From a virus (taxonomy: Duplodnaviria > Caudoviricetes), in the IMG/VR virus record IMGVR_UViG_3300032190_000027, positions 1 to 39,597 of that record: 39,597 nt of DNA; one strand, written 5' to 3'. Position 1 is the first letter of the stretch. Each line of letters starts with the position of its first letter. Both the position numbers and the translations under genes were made by a program. The notes below the pieces were generated by a model, which was not told where the DNA came from, did no database searches, and saw nothing but the letters and a program-made list of their open reading frames with translations. Shown one piece after another: positions 25,553-34,630 of this stretch.

Positions 25553-25818
25553 GAAGCACCCCTCCTCTTGACCTCCTGCCAGGTCGGCCTCAGCTGGCAC
25601 GGGAAGCGCTTCAGTGCCTCGATGAGGTTGGCGACCTCGGTCTCGTTGAGCTTGACTCGGACGGCACTCGTGGCGTCTGTGGGGGCCATGATCTCCAGAT
25701 GTCTGCCCCCGTTGAAGTCGCGCCTCAGCACGGCCACCGCACCGTCCTGGGCGTCCGGGTTCAGGTTGATGACCTCGGACGTGCCGTGGCGCACTCCCAT
25801 GAACTCGGTCGCTCTCAT
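25549..25818 (-). CDS. Hypothetical protein
   Basis: 89 aa; ATGA/GTGA overlaps with neighbours. Confidence 0.65.
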   Translation of the reverse strand: MRATEFMGVRHGTSEVINLNPDAQDGAVAVLRRDFNGGRHLEIMAPTDATSAVRVKLNETEVANLIEALKRFPCQLRPTWQEVKRRGAS

Positions 25819-27959
25819 GCGGCAACCCTCACTTCCGACCCCTCGGGGCGCTTGCGGACCTCGATCCGCTGCGGGAAGAAGTCGGTGATCTCCGAGAGGT
25901 GGCTGATCATGATGAGCACCGAGAAGTCCCTGGCGATGGCCTCGATTGCCTCACCGAAGCGCGCTCGGGTGCGCTCATCCAGGGCCCCGAGGCCCTCGTC
26001 GATAATCAGAGTCTCGAAGGGGAACCCCGCGCGGCGGGCCAGGAGTCGGCTGATGGCTAGGCGCAGGGAGATGTCGACCTCCCAGCGTTCCGCTCCCGAC
26101 CACATGTCGTAGGGCCGTTCCCCGAGCTCGTCGGTGATGATGATGTCGAGCGTCTCGGAGAGGGTCCCGGCCTTCGTCTCGCGCTGAGTCACGAGAGCCA
26201 GATTGAGCCGGCCGCCGGTCATGCGCCCGAGGAGGTCATTGGCGTCGGCCTCGATCTGCGGGATGGCGTTCTCGAGGATGAGGGCCGGGACGCCGTTCCG
26301 GCTGAACACACGCCTGGCCAGCGTCTGGTAGAGGTGGACCTCGCGCTCGGCGACCCGGAGGTCGGATTCGAACTTGGCCCGGCGCTCTTCCAGGGCCTCG
26401 AGTGAGGAAAGCTGTCCCTCTACCTGGCCGAGCTCGCGCTGGGCCGTCGACAGGTCGGCCTGGACTCGCTTCAGCTCGGCCTCCGCGTCCTCGAGCCGCC
26501 CGCGGGCGACCCTCAGCCGGGAGCCGATGTCCTCAAGCTCCTCGAGGCGCCGGGTCAGCTCCCGGAGGTCCTGGGCCTTGGTGCCTCGGGCCTGCCGCAG
26601 GCGCTCCTCCTGCTCGTCGAGCTCCCGTAGCGTCTCTTCCGCCTGGTCGAGCTCAGGCCGGAGGCGGGTCCACTTGGCCACCGCGTCGAGCTTCTCTTTG
26701 AGTCGCCGACGCTGGTCAGGGTCGTAGGCGAGGGACTCGAGTTCCCCCTCGATGGCGGGGATGTCCTCGGCGACCCTCGGCGGCTTCTCGTCCTCGATGG
26801 CCTGGAGCTCGGCGGTGAGCCTGTCGAGGGCGTCTCTGGCCTCGAACGCGTCGACGAGGAACCGGCAGTCCCGCCGGTCGCAGTCGACCTCCTCCAGGAT
26901 GGCGGCCTTCGCCCGGGCATTCTCCCTCGCACTGTCGGCCCGGGCGCGACGCCTCTCATGGTCACGCTGCCACTCGGCGAGCTCCGCCTTGGCGCGGGCG
27001 AGCTTCTCCCGGAGCTCCCGCTCTCGGTCGGCCTTGGCGTCGAGGGCGTCGAGCTGAGCCCTGAGCCGAGGTTCGGCCTGGCAGGCCTTCAGGATCTCGT
27101 CCCTGCGCTGGAGGATCTTCCGGGCCCGCTCGCGCTTTGGCCCGAGGGCCGCGATCTCGCGCTCGAGCTCGTCGAGTTCCCCCTGGAGGCTGGCGCGCCG
27201 GGCCCGCAGGTCCTCGAGGCCGGCCGCCTTCTTCTCAAGCTCGGTGACGTCCTCGGCAGCCTGGCGGCGGTTCATCTCCGAGTCCTCGACGGCCCGCTCG
27301 CACTCGGTTATTCTGCGCCGAATGTCCGAGGCCCGGGCCTCGAGCTCCGGCCGCCGGGAGAGCTGCTCCCCGATGCTCTCGAGCTCGCGCCGGCAGACCT
27401 CGGCGTTCTGCTGGTGGCCCCGGAGACGTTCCTTCGCCGCCTCCTGGAGCCGATCCCAGAGTTCGAGACCGAGCGCGGCGGCCAGGACGGCCTTCCGCTC
27501 GCCCGGGGGCTTCCGGGTGAACTCGTCGGCCCGGCCCTGCAGGACGAACGAGGCGGCGGTCAGGGTGTCGTAGTCGACCCCGAGGGTCTCCTCGATGAGC
27601 CGTTGGGTCTCTCGGATGGAGTCGCGGGTCAGCGGGAGCCACTGGCCGCCCTCCTCGCGGGCGAACTCGAGCGAGGACTTGCCGCGGCCCTGGAGACCCC
27701 GGGTGCGGACGACCCGGTAGCGGGCCCCGCGGAGCTCGAAAACGAACTCGACCGACATCTCCGTCTCGCCGCGGCGGACGTAGTCGTCGACCGAGCCTCC
27801 GCGGCCCTTGCCGTAGAGGGCGACCGTCATTGCATCGATAAGAGAACTCTTGCCAGCCCCGTTATCTCCGACCAGGGCCGCCTTAGTGATGTCGGCCAGG
27901 TCGACGTGCTGGTCCGAGTAGGCCATGAAGTTCCTGAGCGTCAGGCTCACCGGCTTCAT
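25815..27959 (-). CDS. sbcC: SbcC/Rad50-like SMC ATPase
   Basis: Walker A GDNGAGKSS, Q-loop LQG, coiled coil, signature WSGAE, Walker B LIIDEG, ISH. Confidence 0.92.
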   Translation of the reverse strand: MKPVSLTLRNFMAYSDQHVDLADITKAALVGDNGAGKSSLIDAMTVALYGKGRGGSVDDYVRRGETEMSVEFVFELRGARYRVVRTRGLQGRGKSSLEFAREEGGQWLPLTRDSIRETQRLIEETLGVDYDTLTAASFVLQGRADEFTRKPPGERKAVLAAALGLELWDRLQEAAKERLRGHQQNAEVCRRELESIGEQLSRRPELEARASDIRRRITECERAVEDSEMNRRQAAEDVTELEKKAAGLEDLRARRASLQGELDELEREIAALGPKRERARKILQRRDEILKACQAEPRLRAQLDALDAKADRERELREKLARAKAELAEWQRDHERRRARADSARENARAKAAILEEVDCDRRDCRFLVDAFEARDALDRLTAELQAIEDEKPPRVAEDIPAIEGELESLAYDPDQRRRLKEKLDAVAKWTRLRPELDQAEETLRELDEQEERLRQARGTKAQDLRELTRRLEELEDIGSRLRVARGRLEDAEAELKRVQADLSTAQRELGQVEGQLSSLEALEERRAKFESDLRVAEREVHLYQTLARRVFSRNGVPALILENAIPQIEADANDLLGRMTGGRLNLALVTQRETKAGTLSETLDIIITDELGERPYDMWSGAERWEVDISLRLAISRLLARRAGFPFETLIIDEGLGALDERTRARFGEAIEAIARDFSVLIMISHLSEITDFFPQRIEVRKRPEGSEVRVAA

Positions 27960-29179
27960 CCGGCTGTCACCTCCTTTAGGAGCGAGCGGGCCCGCTCGAG
28001 AAGGTCGGCCTTGTCGTCGGCTAGGTCGGTCGCTGCCTCGTCGATGTAGAGCTCGACCGCCCGCAAGGGGTCGAGCTCCTGGGTGACCCCCTCGACACGG
28101 GCCCGGGCTACTCTCTCGGTCTCGACGACCAGGCCGGCGTAGTGCAGCACTCCGCAGGCCTCGGCCTCGGCCTGGACCGCCTTCGGATCGATGAGCCTGG
28201 TCTGCTCCTCCGTGGCGGTGACGCGGATGTGGACGATGGAGCCTCTGAGCCGCTGGTCGAAGGTGAGGTGGTTCAGGACCTCGGAGAGCGGATCCGTAGC
28301 GCTACGGACGTCCGCCTCGATGGTGAGGAGTTCCGCGGCTGGCAGGCGGACGAACTCCGCCGCCGTCAGGGTCCCGGTGCTGTGGTCGAAGTCGAGGACC
28401 CAGAAGCCCCGGTCGTCCTTCTCCTCGCCCCAGTTCTGCCGCAGCCACGAACCCGAGTAGCCGATCCACGGGCCCTGTTCCTGGAGGACCTGCGGGCGGT
28501 GGATGTGGCCGAAGCAGGCCGCGTCGAACACGTCCGGCAGGTCCCCCCGGGCGAGAACGGGCTCGGAGGTCATCCGGATCGACTCATCCGAGGAGGCAAC
28601 GCAGCCGTCCACGGACAGGTGGCCGATGAGGAGCTTCGGACCTCTGGCGCCCGCCAGTTCGGCCGCGAAGCCGCGGATGATGTCGGCGAGTCGGGCTGCC
28701 ATGACGCGGTGTTGCTCGACCGGCGGCAACCCCTTGACCTCGTCGAGGTTGGCGAGCCACGACTTCGAGAACCCCGGCAGGCAGGCCAACCAAATTGGCG
28801 TGTCGGTGGGCTTGTGGTGGACCGAGTGCACCCCGGGCTCGGTGACGACCAGGACGTTAGGCAGGCGTAGCCCGGCCAGGAGCGCCGTCGGCCCCAGCCG
28901 GTCCGGACCGCTCCCGTCATGGCTCTGCGTTCCGGGCATGATGACAACGGGGCTCAGCGAGGAGGCGGTCATGTTCAGCCACTCGAGGACGTGCTGGATC
29001 TCAGCCGGCGTGGGCCGAGGCCGGTCGAAAACATCGCCGCTGACGACGACCAGGTCGACCTCGTTCTCGGCCGCGTAGTCCGCGATGAACTCCCCGCACC
29101 GCACCCATTCGTCGGTCCGGTCGAGGCCGGCGAGGGCTCCCGGGATGGCATGGCAGTCGGCAGTGAAGAGGACTCTCAT
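27956..29179 (-). CDS. sbcD: SbcD/Mre11-like metallophosphoesterase nuclease
   Basis: ADCH, SGDVFD, GTQSHD, GHL, GHIH and YSGS motifs; ATG 29179; coupled to sbcC. Confidence 0.9.
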   Translation of the reverse strand: MRVLFTADCHAIPGALAGLDRTDEWVRCGEFIADYAAENEVDLVVVSGDVFDRPRPTPAEIQHVLEWLNMTASSLSPVVIMPGTQSHDGSGPDRLGPTALLAGLRLPNVLVVTEPGVHSVHHKPTDTPIWLACLPGFSKSWLANLDEVKGLPPVEQHRVMAARLADIIRGFAAELAGARGPKLLIGHLSVDGCVASSDESIRMTSEPVLARGDLPDVFDAACFGHIHRPQVLQEQGPWIGYSGSWLRQNWGEEKDDRGFWVLDFDHSTGTLTAAEFVRLPAAELLTIEADVRSATDPLSEVLNHLTFDQRLRGSIVHIRVTATEEQTRLIDPKAVQAEAEACGVLHYAGLVVETERVARARVEGVTQELDPLRAVELYIDEAATDLADDKADLLERARSLLKEVTAG

Positions 29180-30423
29180 GAGAAAAGCCCCCCACTCTGC
29201 GCCTGGGCGATGCACTTCCGGCACAGGACCTTGCCGAAGCGCTTGGTGCAGTAGCCGATGATGTCGTCCACGGTCTTGCCAGGCACCGGCCGGATTTTGC
29301 TCTCACACCCGGCACCCTGGCACTCGACCCACTCGCCCTGGCCGTCCCTGCCACGCTTCGGCTCCTGAGGCTGCGGTCGGTCCTCGCCAGCGGCCGCCTC
29401 ATCCAGCTCCCCCATCGGCAGGTCATCGGTGAGGTCCGCCGGGAGGTCGTCGGGCAGGTCGGGTGTGGCCGGAGCCGGCCTAACGTCAATCGTCTCCCCG
29501 GAGCCATTCTGGGGAGTGTATGCCCGGGGCTGTTCTGCGGGACCGCCTGTGGTAAGAGCCTTGCGGTTCTCGCCCGGCAGGTCCCGGGGCGGGCCGAATA
29601 CGTCTGTCTGAGCCCGGGCCCCCGCCTCGAGCATGTAGCGCCGGACCTCCGGGTCGGTGTAATCGGGTGCGAAATCCACCCGCGCCAGGACGAAGGGCCG
29701 CTCCAGCTGCTCTCGGGTGTAGTGGCTCTTGAGTCCCATGAGAGCGCGGATGACGCGCTCAATGGCTCCCGTCTCGGCCCTCATCACTTTGTTTTTCCGC
29801 CACTGGAGCATTACGCTCCGGACGTGGTCCTCGACCCAGCGGTCACGCTCCGATGCATCGAGGAAACAGACGTTCCTCTGCTGGCCCTCCTTGTCCGTGA
29901 TCTTCTTCCATTGGCTTTTGTAGCGTTTGGAGTCTTCGTAGGAAAGGCCGCCGTCTCTGATGAGGCTCTCGACCTTGCTCTCATATTGCAGGCGCGTCTC
30001 ATCCTCAATCACCGCGAGGTCGATTTCCTTGGTCTCGCTGATGGGAATCATCTCGCCCGAGGCGGTCCGGATGGCGCCGATCGCCTTGTAGACCACGGTG
30101 GTCTCATCGCGATAGGTGATGCCCGACTCGCGCCAGTTCCAGACGATGCCTGCGGCGGCGGCAATCCTCATGAGTGCTGGCTTGGCCAGAGCGTAAAGGT
30201 CAACGCGCTGCCGGCTGTTGGGATCCCAGCTCTCGCCGACCTTGTAGACCTCTCCGTGGGTCGGGTCGGGGTCGATACTGACCTCCTCAGTCCTGATCTG
30301 GTGGAACGGAGTGAGTCGCCGGAGCGTGGTCGTCGGCATGAGCAGGTTGTACTTGCCAGGGTCGTACTTAGCCAGAACGAGCTCGACGCTCTCCTCTTTC
30401 GGCTGAAGAGCCACTCTTGTCAC
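29176..30423 (-). CDS. Putative single-strand annealing protein with C-terminal Zn finger
   Basis: LAKPALMRIAAAAGI and RAETGAIERVIRALMG helices resemble Rad52/Sak-like annealases; acidic linker; C-x4-C...YC...FG..LCxxC. Confidence 0.55.
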   Translation of the reverse strand: MTRVALQPKEESVELVLAKYDPGKYNLLMPTTTLRRLTPFHQIRTEEVSIDPDPTHGEVYKVGESWDPNSRQRVDLYALAKPALMRIAAAAGIVWNWRESGITYRDETTVVYKAIGAIRTASGEMIPISETKEIDLAVIEDETRLQYESKVESLIRDGGLSYEDSKRYKSQWKKITDKEGQQRNVCFLDASERDRWVEDHVRSVMLQWRKNKVMRAETGAIERVIRALMGLKSHYTREQLERPFVLARVDFAPDYTDPEVRRYMLEAGARAQTDVFGPPRDLPGENRKALTTGGPAEQPRAYTPQNGSGETIDVRPAPATPDLPDDLPADLTDDLPMGELDEAAAGEDRPQPQEPKRGRDGQGEWVECQGAGCESKIRPVPGKTVDDIIGYCTKRFGKVLCRKCIAQAQSGGLFS

Positions 30424-30472
30424 TTCCCCTTTCCGCCCCAGCCGTGCTAGACTGGGGATGGTCAGCTTTCCG

Positions 30473-30787
30473 TCAAGCCCTGGCGGCCCACTCCGCCAGG
30501 GCCTCTCTCTTCATGAGCCTGTTGAGGGCTCGCTGCACCGCCGGGGCGTTCCTGGCCGGTGTCAGCCCCCGCATGCCCGCCCGTCGCAGCTCGGGGAGGG
30601 CGCGGGCCCGGAGGTCCCGCACTGTGCCCCGGTAGGCTAGGACGAGGTTGCCGGTGCTCATCCGGCCCATCAGTCGCCGTGCCCTGGCGAGCTCGGCCTG
30701 GACCCGGGCCTCGCACTTCCGGCACACCTTCCCGTGACGCACCACGCGCCGGCCGCAGGCCTCGCACCACTCACGCAACGCGCGCAC
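30473..30787 (-). CDS. Small Zn-ribbon hypothetical protein
   Basis: CEAC and CRKC pairs; GAGGGGTG RBS before GTG. Confidence 0.55.
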   Translation of the reverse strand: MRALREWCEACGRRVVRHGKVCRKCEARVQAELARARRLMGRMSTGNLVLAYRGTVRDLRARALPELRRAGMRGLTPARNAPAVQRALNRLMKREALAEWAARA

Positions 30788-31328
30788 TGTATGTCACCCC
30801 TCTCGTCGTGATGTAGCCCTTGCGCTCCAGGTCCCGAATGTGCTCGAGGGAGATCTCTCTCGGGCTCAGGCCGTAGGCCAGGCACATCACCCGCACCGTG
30901 TTGACAGCTGCAGTCGCTGCCTGGAGCGTCTCGCGGCAGATGGCCCGTAGCTGAACCCGGTCCTCGTCACGAAGGTCCTCTGGGCCCTGGGCGTTGATAA
31001 GGAACTTGCCTTGGGCCAGGGCCCGGATGGCTTCCGAGAACTCCTCGATCGCCTTCCGGCCCGTGCTCATGCGATGTAGGTCGACCCGCGGCCCGTCGAG
31101 GACGATCGGGACCATAACGCCGCCGGTGGCCTCCTCGGCCATGGCCATGTAGAGCTCCGGATCGTCGAGCAGGTCCCGCGTCCTCGCCGCCACGTCGGGC
31201 GCGAGAACCCGGTCCCCACACTCGACAGCCGAGACCATGTTGGCCGAGTAACCGACCCGGCGGCCGAGCTGGGCCTGGGTCATGCCCGCGCGCTCCCGGG
31301 CCAGGCGCAGTGCGGTAGAGACCTTCAC
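30771..31328 (-). CDS. XRE-family HTH regulator with C-terminal helical domain
   Basis: LRLARERAGMTQAQLG..VGYS...VSAVECG; start GTG 31328. Confidence 0.85.
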   Translation of the reverse strand: MKVSTALRLARERAGMTQAQLGRRVGYSANMVSAVECGDRVLAPDVAARTRDLLDDPELYMAMAEEATGGVMVPIVLDGPRVDLHRMSTGRKAIEEFSEAIRALAQGKFLINAQGPEDLRDEDRVQLRAICRETLQAATAAVNTVRVMCLAYGLSPREISLEHIRDLERKGYITTRGVTYSARVA

Positions 31329-31621
31329 CCTCTCCCCCTCCCTCCGTGGGCCGCGACGGGTTCCAGTCCGCACGCGGCCGGTCTAGACTCACGCCGGGGA
31401 CGGGCGGCTTCGCGAGCGAGCCGCAATGCGATAGGCCAGGCGATGTCGACGTACCTCTGCCGGCGGTCGGCCTCCCGGCCGTCGGAGGACGCGGTCCATG
31501 CCCCGCAGCGGCCGCAGTAGTTGGACTCGTGCCCAGGCAGGATGTCGCGCCGCACAGTCTCTGCGCCGCAGAGGGCGCAGGGTTGCGGTCGCGGGCTTAG
31601 GGGGGCGGCAGGCGTGGTCAT
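31325..31621 (-). CDS. Hypothetical Zn-ribbon protein
   Basis: CALC and CGRC pairs; ATGA-coupled to cro. Confidence 0.6.
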   Translation of the reverse strand: MTTPAAPLSPRPQPCALCGAETVRRDILPGHESNYCGRCGAWTASSDGREADRRQRYVDIAWPIALRLAREAARPRRESRPAACGLEPVAAHGGRGRG

Positions 31622-31833
31622 GACCCGGCGACCTCCCGTTCTTGACGCAGTGGAAAAAGCTCGTCAACCGTGGCCCCAAGGACTCTAGCGATTCGTTGGG
31701 CATCATCAACCGAGGGCGTCCTCTGCCCCAGCTCGATGAGGGTGTAGTACGTTCTTGATATCCCGACCGCCAAGGCAACCTGCTCTTGGGTGAGGCCCTT
31801 CGCCATACGAGTATTTCGGAGAGAGTGTCGCAT
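31618..31833 (-). CDS. Cro-like HTH protein (71 aa)
   Basis: LRNTRMAKGLTQEQVA..VGISRTYYTLIELGQRTP; GGAGG RBS; divergent from the repressor. Confidence 0.9.
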   Translation of the reverse strand: MRHSLRNTRMAKGLTQEQVALAVGISRTYYTLIELGQRTPSVDDAQRIARVLGATVDELFPLRQEREVAGS

Positions 31834-31855
31834 CGCAACCTCCCGGCGCATGTGC

Positions 31856-31958
31856 GTTGCGCATTGCAACACCCATGATAGTTGCACACCGCAACACCTG
31901 TCAAGGGGGTATGGGGCATTTCGCAACCTGAAGAGGAAAAAGTGTTGCGCCGGGAAAC
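31856..31958. promoter_or_regulatory. Lysis-lysogeny switch: GTTGC-N5-GCAAC operators and the lytic promoter
   Basis: Perfect sites at 31856-70 and 31881-95, degenerate sites at 31913-27 and 31944-58; minus-strand TTGACA-N18-TATCAT (31904-31875). Confidence 0.8.
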
Positions 31959-31968
31959 ATGGCAACCG

Positions 31969-32343
31969 ATGAGAACACACGCCAGCTTTCCCTCGCGCCT
32001 AAAACACTTACGCGAAGAGAGGGGCTGGACTCAGGAGCAGCTCGCACAAAAGCTCGCACTCAGCAGGGCCACCATCGCATGCTATGAAACGGGGCGTCGA
32101 GCTCCTGACATGAGCACCTGCCAGGCACTAGCCGGTGCCTTCGGTGTCTCGGTCGACTACCTCCTGGGGCGGACGGACGTCAGGCAGCCTGTCCCCGCCA
32201 GGGGACAACGGTCAAGCGGGGACGACGACGTGCGCGTTCTCTTCCGCTCCGCCGGCGAGCTCACGCCGGAGGACCGCGAGGAGTTGGCCAGGTTCATCGA
32301 GTGGCTGAAAGAACGACGAAGGAGAGAGAAGCCGAAGTCCTGA
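31969..32343 (+). CDS. CI/ImmR-like repressor (XRE HTH, no S24 domain)
   Basis: RLKHLREERGWTQEQLA...YETGRR.P...FGVSVDYLLGRTD. Confidence 0.92.
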   Translation: MRTHASFPSRLKHLREERGWTQEQLAQKLALSRATIACYETGRRAPDMSTCQALAGAFGVSVDYLLGRTDVRQPVPARGQRSSGDDDVRVLFRSAGELTPEDREELARFIEWLKERRRREKPKS

Positions 32344-32438
32344 CCCTCTTCTTTCTCGGCTTCCATCGAGGCACTCAAGGAAGAACACGAGAAGAAGGGG
32401 ATTAGGCCGGAGAGGCTGGAAGGAGGTGCCTAAGTCTA

Positions 32439-33458
32439 ATGAAGGCCCGACGGAAGAGTTCGACCGGAGGCCTCGAACACTTTGACGAGTACTATCCGCT
32501 CTATCAGAAGGCCCGTGAATTAGAAAAGTCCGGCCAGTATGAGGAAGCCATCAACATCTACGTCACTATCTTGGACAAGTACGCCCCTGCCGCAACAGAC
32601 TACTACGAACGACCCGCTATACTCCTTGAACGCATTGGGCGATTCGCCGAGGCTGCCGCAATCTGTAAGCGACTTTTGGCCAGACACCGTGAGCACGGGG
32701 AGTTCGGAGCAGAGACCGCTCAAGACTTCACCAAACGACTAAACCGGCTCAACAGGAAGCTCGGACGCCCGGAAGCGGCTTCTGCACCGCCCGCACCGGC
32801 TACTCCGGTTCCAACCCCAGAGGACATTGACTTCCCGGAATGGCATGTGAGCCTCTCCTTCGGGGAATCTAGGTCCCCTAACTACCCTCAGGCGGTAGCT
32901 CTCGCGAAGATGGCTCCTCAGTACCGCGAGGAGCGCTTTGGCGAGGGTCTGCTGCACCAAGCTGTGTATTCCGACAAGCCTGATGAGTACCTGCAGTTCA
33001 TCAAGCTCTATGAACTTGTGGGGAACTGGAAATCAGTGTTTGTAATCATCAACGGCCAAGTCGTTGACCGTAAGATAATCGGGGGTCTCAACCACTGCTA
33101 CGGTGATCGCTGCCGTTCGGGAAACCCTGACTTCTGTTTCGGGGCCAGCCCTTTCACCGAGAACCCCTTCGGGTGTCATCGCCTACAGGTGAGCGCCTAC
33201 AACAACCCGTGGTGGTCCTTCGGTTACATGGACGGTCGGGTTTGGAGGGTCGATAAGGCCGCGATACTGGAGAGGCTGACGCAGTACTCACAACCCTACA
33301 GGTTGTGCCCCGCCTTCTCGTGGGACCGTGTCCTGAAGGCCCTGGACGAGCTTCCGGACACAATCAATCCCTCCGCACCCCAGTGGACCGTTCTTGGCGG
33401 CAAGCCGCACCCCGTCAGGCTCAGGCTTGAAGTAGTTAGACTGGACAACGCCCCCTGA
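32439..33458 (+). CDS. Accessory protein: TPR-like N-terminus, Pro linker, Cys/His-containing C-terminal domain
   Basis: AGGAGGTG RBS; A.ELEK.GQYEEAI..Y TPR-like helices. Confidence 0.8.
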   Translation: MKARRKSSTGGLEHFDEYYPLYQKARELEKSGQYEEAINIYVTILDKYAPAATDYYERPAILLERIGRFAEAAAICKRLLARHREHGEFGAETAQDFTKRLNRLNRKLGRPEAASAPPAPATPVPTPEDIDFPEWHVSLSFGESRSPNYPQAVALAKMAPQYREERFGEGLLHQAVYSDKPDEYLQFIKLYELVGNWKSVFVIINGQVVDRKIIGGLNHCYGDRCRSGNPDFCFGASPFTENPFGCHRLQVSAYNNPWWSFGYMDGRVWRVDKAAILERLTQYSQPYRLCPAFSWDRVLKALDELPDTINPSAPQWTVLGGKPHPVRLRLEVVRLDNAP

Positions 33459-33618
33459 ACCCAGCAGGCGTGGCTGAAGCATAGGAGGAGATCCGCGAAG
33501 AGGGAAGAGCCAGACACCTAGAGCAGACCCCGCACCATCACCCCCACGTCTCCGCTTACACGTGTGTTCACTTCGCGCCCGGTCTTCCCTGCACACCCGA
33601 AGGGAGAGGGTTCATCTG

Positions 33619-33912
33619 ATGTTCAGGCGCAAGCGGAAGGACTCGGAGCAGGTGGCTGTCTTCAAGCCGGGTGGCCTTCTGTCCGGGCAGGTCTTCAGAC
33701 TAGACGATAAGCTGCTCACCTACAAGAACGCATACGGCAAGTACGCCACCGTCCCCCGCTCAGCCATCCAGACCGTCACGGTCGACGCCAAGGGTAGAGG
33801 CACCTCGACGCTTAAGCTCATCGGTAGCGGGACTGTTCTGGCCAGCATCGATCTGCCCCATCCGTGGGCCGCGGCTACTCAGCGGTGGTTGCTGGAGCAG
33901 CTGGGCTTCTAG
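33619..33912 (+). CDS. Small PH-like beta protein (97 aa)
   Basis: ATG 33619 after a GGAGAGGG RBS; beta-strands then a terminal helix. Confidence 0.65.
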   Translation: MFRRKRKDSEQVAVFKPGGLLSGQVFRLDDKLLTYKNAYGKYATVPRSAIQTVTVDAKGRGTSTLKLIGSGTVLASIDLPHPWAAATQRWLLEQLGF

Positions 33913-33967
33913 GCGACGCCACAAGCCAGGCCAGATGGTGTATCCTGGTGTACGGGACGGATGGTCG

Positions 33968-34630
33968 ATGCGTGATTGGCGCTACTACCTCTCGATACCT
34001 CAGTACCAAATCAGATCAGCAGCTAGGTACGTCGGGTCTTCCCTTATGCCCGAAGGGCGGGTGCGCTACTGGCTGAAGCTACGTCGGAAGGCAGCCGGTC
34101 AGGAATATGGACCCTTGCTTACCTACCTCGAACTCATGGAGGTCTCGGTCGTCGCCGGCTTCAAGGAAGCGGGGCTGCCGCTCCGAAAGATTAGGGCGGC
34201 ACACGATTACCTCTCACAGCTTCTTCGCACTCCTTACCCATTTGCGGCGCAACAACTGAAGACAGAGGGCACACATATCATCGCAGAGATGCCCGAATCG
34301 AAGCGCTTGGAAACCGGACTGGGCCAGCTATTGATTGCCGACAAGCGCGGGCAGATTGCGTGGGAAGCGGTCATCCTCGGCCGGTACGCCCAGTTCGTCT
34401 ATGAAACCGAGATAGCCTTTCCTGTCCGCTGGTACCCTCGAGGTCAGAATGTTCCCGTAGTGATTGATCCGAGGATTCACTTTGGTCAACCCACGATTGA
34501 TGACATCCCGACATGGGCTATCGCCGATCGGGTGCGGGCAGGTGAGGACCTACAGTTCGTTGCGGATGACTACGAGCTCTCTGTGGAGAAGGTAAGGATT
34601 GCGCTGGAGTTCGAGGAAGTTGCCGCATGA
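33968..34630 (+). CDS. DUF433-containing antitoxin (VapB45-like)
   Basis: LTYLELMEV...G.PL.KIR.A N-domain; VVIDPRIHFGQPTI...I.DR..AGE....VADDYEL DUF433 motif; start may be 33935. Confidence 0.88.
   Translation: MRDWRYYLSIPQYQIRSAARYVGSSLMPEGRVRYWLKLRRKAAGQEYGPLLTYLELMEVSVVAGFKEAGLPLRKIRAAHDYLSQLLRTPYPFAAQQLKTEGTHIIAEMPESKRLETGLGQLLIADKRGQIAWEAVILGRYAQFVYETEIAFPVRWYPRGQNVPVVIDPRIHFGQPTIDDIPTWAIADRVRAGEDLQFVADDYELSVEKVRIALEFEEVAA

Noticed and set aside
1084-30450. Many long plus-strand ORFs (e.g. 1084-2952, 8542-9573, 16886-18016, 26958-28049)
   Set aside because: Antisense shadows of high-GC minus-strand phage genes; no motifs or RBS
33555-33570. parS-like site (TTACACGTG core)
   Set aside because: Only the central 9 nt match the Bacillus parS sequence and the flanks are not palindromic
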